64,000 nucleotides of DNA from Acidobacteriota bacterium (GTDB taxonomy: Bacteria > Acidobacteriota > CAIWXX01): positions 64,001-128,000 of the forward strand of contig JBFMAF010000018.1 of the NCBI GenBank assembly GCA_040755995.1. Direction: 5' to 3'. The notes beneath the pieces are model-generated. The model ran no database searches, was not told where the DNA came from, and was given only the letters and a program-made list of their open reading frames with translations. Positions 58,259 to 64,000 of the stretch are shown here, piece after piece; within the stretch, counting starts at the first letter, position 1; each line of letters begins with the position of its first letter. The translations under genes and the position numbers were made by a program.

Positions 58259-59473
58259 CTAGGATGACAGCCCGAGTGCCTCGTCCAGCCAGTCGAATAT
58301 GCGTTGCTCGCGGAGACCCGCGGCCGCGGGCTCGCAGTGCGATCCGGCTCCTTCCGCTGCGGTGAACTTGATCAGCGTCTTGGGGCATCGAAGCGCGTCG
58401 TACAGGACCTGAGATTCGCCCGGCCAGAACTGCTCACCCTCGGGATCAGTGATCAGCATCGGACAGGCGATCCTGTCGACAACCCCGCTGAGGCGGTACT
58501 GGAGCACGGCCTTGAACACGTCATACGCGGTCGGCAGCCGGTATGGACGCATGCGGAACTCGAGGCGGGCGCGCAGCGCCTTCGAGAAGCGCTCGACCAT
58601 CGCCAGCTCACGGTTGAACTTGGCCCTCGCCTTTGGTTCGTCGGAATCGAGGAGCTTCCTCATGCCTTTGGGAAGATCCTTGAACCAGGTCTGGGCACCG
58701 ACGTCCCAGACGCCCGGATCGGCGACGGCCGCGGCGATCCTGTGTTCGAAGGCTAGGGCGCGAGGGACCCAGTAACCCCCCTGGCTCACGCCGATGATTG
58801 CCAGCCGCTGCTCGTCGACATCAGGGCGCCGAAGCAGGTAGTCGACGACCGGCGTGATCACATTCTCCCAGTCGTGACGGAAGCCTAGATTCTGGAGGAG
58901 CAGTGCGGACTGCTGCCCGGGGCCGTCGAACGTCATGAAGTTGTATCCGCGGGCGAGTGCCGCTGCGCCCCCGGCGCCCCACATCGAACTGGTCGGCCCG
59001 TCGCTTCCGTTGTTCATGATGAGGAGAGGGCGGCGGGCGCCCGATCGGTCGGCCTTGAAGAAGTATCCGGGAAGAGTGGTGTCTTCGTACGGAATGGAGA
59101 GCCGCTCGGCGGGTGGTTCGACCAGATCGGCGAACCGATCCCAGCAGGCGCGGTGCTTCTGCCAGGTGGGGAGCATCCGAGAGACGTCTTTCGTAGCGTC
59201 GATGAGATAGAGTGCTGTGCTGTAGTAAGTCGCGGCGCGCAGGAAGGCATCCCGGGCGCTCACTCGATGGCCCTCCGCCGCGCACGACTCGGCGACTTCG
59301 TGAGTTCGCTCGGAGGTGGCGAGCCATTGAGTGACCCAGCTTTCGGCGTTGCCTTCCTTGATCCGGCCTGCGGTCGAGAGACATTCCCCTACGTCTGCGG
59401 CGCCACGGTAGCTGGAACCGAGCGCGATCAGGAATCCGAACTCGTACTCATCATGCCGGAATGTCCTCTTCAT
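58259..59473 (-). CDS. Alpha/beta hydrolase (FrsA/S9-like)
   Basis: GVSQGG nucleophile elbow, FDGPGQ, HCE; ATG 59473 after GGAGGG. Confidence 0.88.
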   Translation of the reverse strand: MKRTFRHDEYEFGFLIALGSSYRGAADVGECLSTAGRIKEGNAESWVTQWLATSERTHEVAESCAAEGHRVSARDAFLRAATYYSTALYLIDATKDVSRMLPTWQKHRACWDRFADLVEPPAERLSIPYEDTTLPGYFFKADRSGARRPLLIMNNGSDGPTSSMWGAGGAAALARGYNFMTFDGPGQQSALLLQNLGFRHDWENVITPVVDYLLRRPDVDEQRLAIIGVSQGGYWVPRALAFEHRIAAAVADPGVWDVGAQTWFKDLPKGMRKLLDSDEPKARAKFNRELAMVERFSKALRARLEFRMRPYRLPTAYDVFKAVLQYRLSGVVDRIACPMLITDPEGEQFWPGESQVLYDALRCPKTLIKFTAAEGAGSHCEPAAAGLREQRIFDWLDEALGLSS

Positions 59474-59673
59474 ACTCTCCCTCCTACGTGTGTGCGCAAT
59501 CATACCGCGTGAGTGACCGGTTTGTCTCCGGGGGTGACGCCACCTCGAGACCCGTCGAGCGGACCGTGGGCGGAAGTGACGCGGATCACATCGCATCTCG
59601 CTCATGGTGCGAGAATACAATCGAGGGTTTCGGCCGGGGCGGCAGTTTCACTGAAGGCATGGAGGTATTCAGT

Positions 59674-60063
59674 ATGAGCAGCAGGAGACGAGGATTGTTG
59701 GCGTTGCTTCTTGCCGCGGCGGCGCTCGGCGCCGGGTGCGCGATGGCGGATCGCGTGAGCGGGATCTCGCAGGCGAAGGAGCTGCAGGAGAAGGGGGAGT
59801 CGGCCGAGGCCACGATTCTGGAGATCTGGGACACGGGATGGACGGTGAATGAGGATCCGGTGGTGGGGTTCACACTCGAAGTCCGGCGCACAGGCAGGCC
59901 CGCCTACCAGGCCAAGACGAAGCTTCTTGTTTCTAGAGTGCAGGTGGCGGCGTTCCGGCCGGGCGCCGTGGTGCCCGTGCTGGTCGATCCGAAGGATCCG
60001 AGCAAGGTCTCGCTGGACGTCTACGACTTCGGCGACAAGAAGACGAAGAAATACAAGGTCTGA
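59674..60063 (+). CDS. Lipoprotein with OB-fold-like domain
   Basis: GGAGG RBS; lipobox LGAGC; G..A.A.I....TG..VN..P...L.V...Y...G..V.V..DP.DP. Confidence 0.75.
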   Translation: MSSRRRGLLALLLAAAALGAGCAMADRVSGISQAKELQEKGESAEATILEIWDTGWTVNEDPVVGFTLEVRRTGRPAYQAKTKLLVSRVQVAAFRPGAVVPVLVDPKDPSKVSLDVYDFGDKKTKKYKV

Positions 60064-60084
60064 CCTCCGCGTACCCCGATCCGG

Positions 60085-60262
60085 CCGCCTGGACGGCGCC
60101 AGGCGTCATTGGTGCGGCCAAGACCGTCCTCAAGTAGTCATGCATCTCCGGGGGTGACACCAGGACGCACGGACGCGTCTTCTTGATCTCGCTCCCGAGC
60201 GTCGGATCCAGCGCGGCCAGCCACACCTCGCCACGTCGCGCCCCACGGCCGCCTATGTCCAC
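60085..60262 (-). pseudogene. Truncated PemK/MazF toxin
   Basis: RRGEVWLAALDPTLGSEIKKTRPCVLVSPPEMHDYLRTVLAAPMT, then similarity lost; no antitoxin adjacent. Confidence 0.85.
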
Positions 60263-60273
60263 AGCTCCCTCGT

Positions 60274-60315
60274 CCTGCATCTTGCATTCTGCAATTTGCA
60301 TTTTGCACTTTGCCT
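60274..60315. repeat. Heptamer tandem array (TTTGCAT-like) x6
   Basis: CCTGCAT CTTGCAT TCTGCAA TTTGCAT TTTGCAC TTTGCCT. Confidence 0.85.
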
Positions 60316-60337
60316 TGGGTCGTGATATCCGATAGGC

Positions 60338-60703
60338 GTGGACTTGAGTGATCCGGCGACTCGCGAGGTATTCTTCGACCTGTACGGCAACCTGCCCCGG
60401 GCAGGCCCGGGCAATGACGCATCGACGTGGCGGGCGATCGAGATTGTCGGAATGCTTCCTGATCGACCGCGCGTGCTCGACATCGGCCGCGGGCCGGGCA
60501 TGCAGACGCTCGCGCTCGCCGAGCGCCTGCCCGGTGCCGAGACCGCCCCGACGGTCGGCTCGCGACACGGAGAGCCCGTTGTTCTGGAAGTCGATGCAGC
60601 GCGGATGAATGCGAACGGCCATCGGTTCTTCCTTTCCGCCAATGGCGTGTGGTTGACAGATGACGTGCCGCCGGAGTATCTCCGTTTCGAGGAGGCGACA
60701 TGA
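60338..60703 (+). pseudogene. In-frame chimera: methyltransferase N-terminus fused to the C-terminus of RNA 2'-phosphotransferase KptA/Tpt1
   Basis: FF.LY..LPR.GPG...VLDIGRGPG, then ETA..VGSRHG.PV.L.VDA..M...G..F..S.NGVWL...VP..YL. Confidence 0.8.
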
Positions 60704-60987
60704 GGCACGCGATATTGATGCACGAGGCCGATGACGACGTCGGCGTTGCCGTGAGGGACATTGCCGCCGGCGAAGAGGTCGGTGCGGTCACGCTGGAGGG
60801 ACAGCCGGTTGGCATGCTCAATCCAGTCGACTCCATACCGCTCGGACACAAGGTCTCCATGCGGGGCATCGCGCAGGGGGCACCCGTGATCGAATACGGA
60901 CGCCCCATCGGAAAGGCGACGCGGCCCATTGCCATGGGGTCTCACGTCCACACGCAGAACCTCAAGACGATGCGGTGGTCGTCATGA
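60700..60987 (+). CDS. SAF-domain subunit of a UxaA-family lyase (SuyA-like)
   Basis: DDVGVA, IPLGHKV, VIEYG..IG, G.HVHT.N. Confidence 0.85.
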   Translation: MRHAILMHEADDDVGVAVRDIAAGEEVGAVTLEGQPVGMLNPVDSIPLGHKVSMRGIAQGAPVIEYGRPIGKATRPIAMGSHVHTQNLKTMRWSS

Positions 60988-62147
60988 GGCCCGATGAGAT
61001 GCGGCTAGCGGGCTATCGCCGCCCCGACGGGCGGTTCGGCATACGCAACCATGTGGTGATCATCCCCGTGGACGATCTTTCGAACGCGGCGGCCGAAGGA
61101 GTGGCTGCATTGATCCATGGCACCATCGCTCTGCCGCACCCGTACGGGCGCCTCCAGTTCGGCGACGACCTGGAGCTCACGTTTCGAACGCTTTCCGGCG
61201 CAGGACGGAATCCGAATGTGGCGGCCGCGGTCGTCATGGGAATCGAGCCCAAGTGGACCGCCCGGGTTGTCGACGAGATCGCGAAGACCGGCAAGCCGGT
61301 GGAAGGCTTCAGCATCGAACGCGCCGGCGACCTCAAGACCATCGAAGCCGCATCGCGTAGGGCGATAGAGTACGTCCAGTTCGCATCCGAGATCCCGCGC
61401 GAGCCGTTTGGGGCCGACCTTCTGGCCGTGAGCACCAAGTGCGGCGAATCCGATACGACTTCGGGCCTGGCATCGAACCCTGCGGTCGGACGCGTCTTCG
61501 ACCGGCTCTCCGCCGCGGGCTCCACGTTGATCTTCGGCGAGACGACCGAGGTGACAGGCGCCGAGGATGCCGTCGTGGCGCAGTGCGCCACGCCGGACGT
61601 CGCTGCCGAATTCATGCACGCATTCAAGGAATACCAGAGGCTGGTCATCTCGCAGGGCATGGACCTGCTCGGCTCGCAGCCGACCGAAGGGAATATCCGC
61701 GGCGGCCTCACCACCATCGAAGAAAAGGCGCTGGGGAACATCCAGAAGATGGGAACAGGCGAGATCGTTTCGGTGCTGAAGCCGGCGGAGGAGCCGAAGT
61801 GTGCGGGGCTGCACTTCATGGACTCGTCCAGCGCCGCCGCCGAGATGGTCACGCTGTGTGCGGCGGCCGGATCGGTCGTTCACCTGTTCACCACCGGCCA
61901 GGGCAACATAATCGGCAATCCGATACTGCCCGTGATCAAGCTATGCGCGAACCCGCTGACCGTCCAGACGATGTCCGAGCATATCGACGTCGACCTGACA
62001 GGGATGCTCCGGCTCGAGATGACTCTCGATCAGGCCGCTGACGCTGTGATGTCGATGCTCGATCGCACAATCAACGGTCGCCTGACATCCGCCGAGGTGC
62101 TGCGCCACCGCGAGTTCGTGCTGACGAGACTCTACCGCAGCGCCTGA
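60984..62147 (+). CDS. UxaA-family lyase catalytic subunit, most like sulfolactate sulfo-lyase SuyB
   Basis: [65 protein letters not shown]. Confidence 0.8.
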   Translation: MRPDEMRLAGYRRPDGRFGIRNHVVIIPVDDLSNAAAEGVAALIHGTIALPHPYGRLQFGDDLELTFRTLSGAGRNPNVAAAVVMGIEPKWTARVVDEIAKTGKPVEGFSIERAGDLKTIEAASRRAIEYVQFASEIPREPFGADLLAVSTKCGESDTTSGLASNPAVGRVFDRLSAAGSTLIFGETTEVTGAEDAVVAQCATPDVAAEFMHAFKEYQRLVISQGMDLLGSQPTEGNIRGGLTTIEEKALGNIQKMGTGEIVSVLKPAEEPKCAGLHFMDSSSAAAEMVTLCAAAGSVVHLFTTGQGNIIGNPILPVIKLCANPLTVQTMSEHIDVDLTGMLRLEMTLDQAADAVMSMLDRTINGRLTSAEVLRHREFVLTRLYRSA

Positions 62148-62229
62148 CTACTCCACTGCCCCCTCACGCGTCCGGCATGAACCGGCCTCGCGCCGCCGAC
62201 CGGCCGCTCCCCATGGGGCGGCGCCCGTA

Positions 62230-62256
62230 TGAAACTTCGGCGAATAGCCAGGCGTA
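62230..62256 (+). promoter_or_regulatory. Candidate ECF-sigma promoter
   Basis: TGAAAC-N17-CGTA upstream of the serine hydrolase. Confidence 0.5.
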
Positions 62257-62300
62257 ATAGAGGTGTGCATTCAATTCCTCGCCATGAAGGAGCGTCTATC

Positions 62301-64000
62301 ATGAAAAGAATCGTATCTCTCACCCACGGTGTTTCCTGTCTGGTGCTCTTCGTGATTCTCCTGGTCCCCTTTTCACTCATCGCCTCGCCCGGTGCGGTCG
62401 ATCCTGTCCTGGAGAAGAAGCTCAAGGGGCTCGACGCCTACATGGAGAAGACGGTCAAGGACTGGAACGTTCCTGGCATTGGAGTCGGAATCGTGGTGAA
62501 GGACAAGCTCGTCTTCGCGAAGGGGTACGGCTACCGGGACTACGGGCAGAAGCTCCCGTTCACGCCGAAGACGGTGGTTCCCATCGCCTCCAACACGAAG
62601 CTTTTCACGTCGGTGGCCGTGGGGCTCCTGGTCGAACGGGGGAAGCTCGGTTGGGACGAGCCGGTTCGCCAGTACGTGCCCACCATCCAGTTTTACAACG
62701 ACGCGCTGAATTCGACGGTTACCATCCGCGACATGCTGTCTCATCGCACCGGCATTACGCGGCATGACACGATCTGGTACAAGTCTGACTTCACGCGCAA
62801 GGAGCTGTTCGAGCGTCTCAAGTACCTCGAGCCGACGCAGCCTTTGCGCCAGACGTTCCTGTACAACAACATGATGTATGCCGGCGCCGGGTACGTTATC
62901 GAGCTCCTTTCCGGGAAGACGTGGGAAGCCTTGGTGCAGGAAGAGATCTTCGGACCGCTCGGGATGACGAGCACGGCCTTCTCGATCGACGACATGATCA
63001 AGCAGCCCGATCACGGCGTCCCGTATACCGAGCGGCGCGACTCCTTCGAGATCTACGAGATCCCGTACTACCGCGAGACGCCGGGCGTCGGTCCCGCCGG
63101 CTCGATCGTCTCCAACCTCGACGACATGTCGAGATGGGTGATCGCCCTGATGAATGGGGGCCAGCTGGGCGGCAAGCAGGTGATCCCGGCGAAGGTCATC
63201 AAGGAAACCACCGCGCCGTCCATCGCGCTGGCGAACGCCATGCTCGAGGCGCGCGGTTTCGGCGAGTTGCTCAATCCGGTTTACGGCACAGGACGCCAGA
63301 CGGCATCCTACCGCGGCCATCTGCTCGCCTATCACGGCGGTGACATCGACGGCTTCCACTCGCAGGTCTCCTGCATGCCGAACGACGGAATCGGCGTGAC
63401 CGTGCTGGTGATCGGTGACCACTGCGCGCCGCTCTACAACGTCGTCTCGTACAACGTCTACGAGCGGCTGCTGGGGATGAGTCTGACCCCGTGGAGCGAG
63501 CGGCTGCTCGACATTCGCATGAAAGCGAAGCAGGCCGGCAAGGAAGCCCGCGCCAAGGCGGGCGGCGAGCAGGTCGCAGGGACGAGACCGTCTCATCCGA
63601 TCGAGGAGTACGCGGGCGAGTACGAGCACCCGGCCTATGGGGTGCTCACGATCGCCAAGAAGGACGACGGCCTTCTCTTCGACTTCCACAAGATCCAGCT
63701 CCCGCTGGCCAACTTCCACTACGACCGCTTCGACACGCCGGACGACGAGCAGTACGGCAAGTGGTCCGTGAACTTCTTCACGAACCCGCAGGGGGAGGTC
63801 GACAAGGCCGTCATGTCGCTGGACGAGGCCGAGGCTACCTTCACGCGCAGGGTACCGGCTGAGCTCTGCGCCGCCAGTACGCTCAATCAGTACGTCGGAA
63901 CCTACGAGACGGCGACGGGAGCCAGGTTCGAGGTCGCATTGAAGGAGGACGGCACGCTGGGCATGAAGTTCGCCGGGCAGCCGTTCCGGGCGCTCATCCC
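62301..64000 (+). CDS. Exported beta-lactamase-family serine hydrolase with DUF3471-like domain (runs off the window end)
   Basis: AAGGAG RBS, signal peptide, SxxK (ASNTK), YxN (YNN), HGG; not in the ORF track because it has no stop in the window. Confidence 0.9.
   Translation, partial: MKRIVSLTHGVSCLVLFVILLVPFSLIASPGAVDPVLEKKLKGLDAYMEKTVKDWNVPGIGVGIVVKDKLVFAKGYGYRDYGQKLPFTPKTVVPIASNTKLFTSVAVGLLVERGKLGWDEPVRQYVPTIQFYNDALNSTVTIRDMLSHRTGITRHDTIWYKSDFTRKELFERLKYLEPTQPLRQTFLYNNMMYAGAGYVIELLSGKTWEALVQEEIFGPLGMTSTAFSIDDMIKQPDHGVPYTERRDSFEIYEIPYYRETPGVGPAGSIVSNLDDMSRWVIALMNGGQLGGKQVIPAKVIKETTAPSIALANAMLEARGFGELLNPVYGTGRQTASYRGHLLAYHGGDIDGFHSQVSCMPNDGIGVTVLVIGDHCAPLYNVVSYNVYERLLGMSLTPWSERLLDIRMKAKQAGKEARAKAGGEQVAGTRPSHPIEEYAGEYEHPAYGVLTIAKKDDGLLFDFHKIQLPLANFHYDRFDTPDDEQYGKWSVNFFTNPQGEVDKAVMSLDEAEATFTRRVPAELCAASTLNQYVGTYETATGARFEVALKEDGTLGMKFAGQPFRALI

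Overview
This is a GC-rich chromosomal segment from a diderm, probably anaerobic or facultative bacterium. Acidobacteriota is the likely lineage, inferred from the short PheT, the zapB-zapA-6S RNA-rny-ymdB order, a GWxTD/VWFA-type remnant and a DUF5916 protein. Housekeeping blocks are fumC/aspA-ndk; rpsT opposite TPR-holA-lptE-leuS; and tRNA-Val-thrS-infC-rpmI-rplT-pheST-zapBA-ssrS-rny-ymdB. Accessory genes sit between them. (1) A 12-kb envelope/signalling locus (2.2-14.3 kb) holds a NarL-type regulator, an SBBP beta-propeller protein, two paralogous secreted proteins with an uncharacterised Cys/His repeat, a membrane-anchored TPR-CHAT protease and a beta-propeller/Y_Y_Y sensor kinase. Its divergent promoter is duplicated and carries a conserved CTACGY-N4-RCGTAG palindrome. 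(2) A radical SAM protein has its SPASM domain on a separate gene, next to a HEAT-methyltransferase. (3) An HdrA-MvhD fusion sits beside a group 3c-like NiFe hydrogenase with no hdrBC nearby. (4) Other accessory genes are a SuyAB-like lyase, a hybrid CHASE kinase and several hydrolases. Intergenic DNA carries heptamer tandem arrays that can supply -35 boxes, a GTAG REP pair straddling the lptE start, and many short gene relics (RAYT, HNH, PemK, regulator, kinase, methyltransferase::KptA chimera). No CRISPR array, rRNA, intact transposase or integrase was seen. All family calls come from motif recognition by eye, without database searches.
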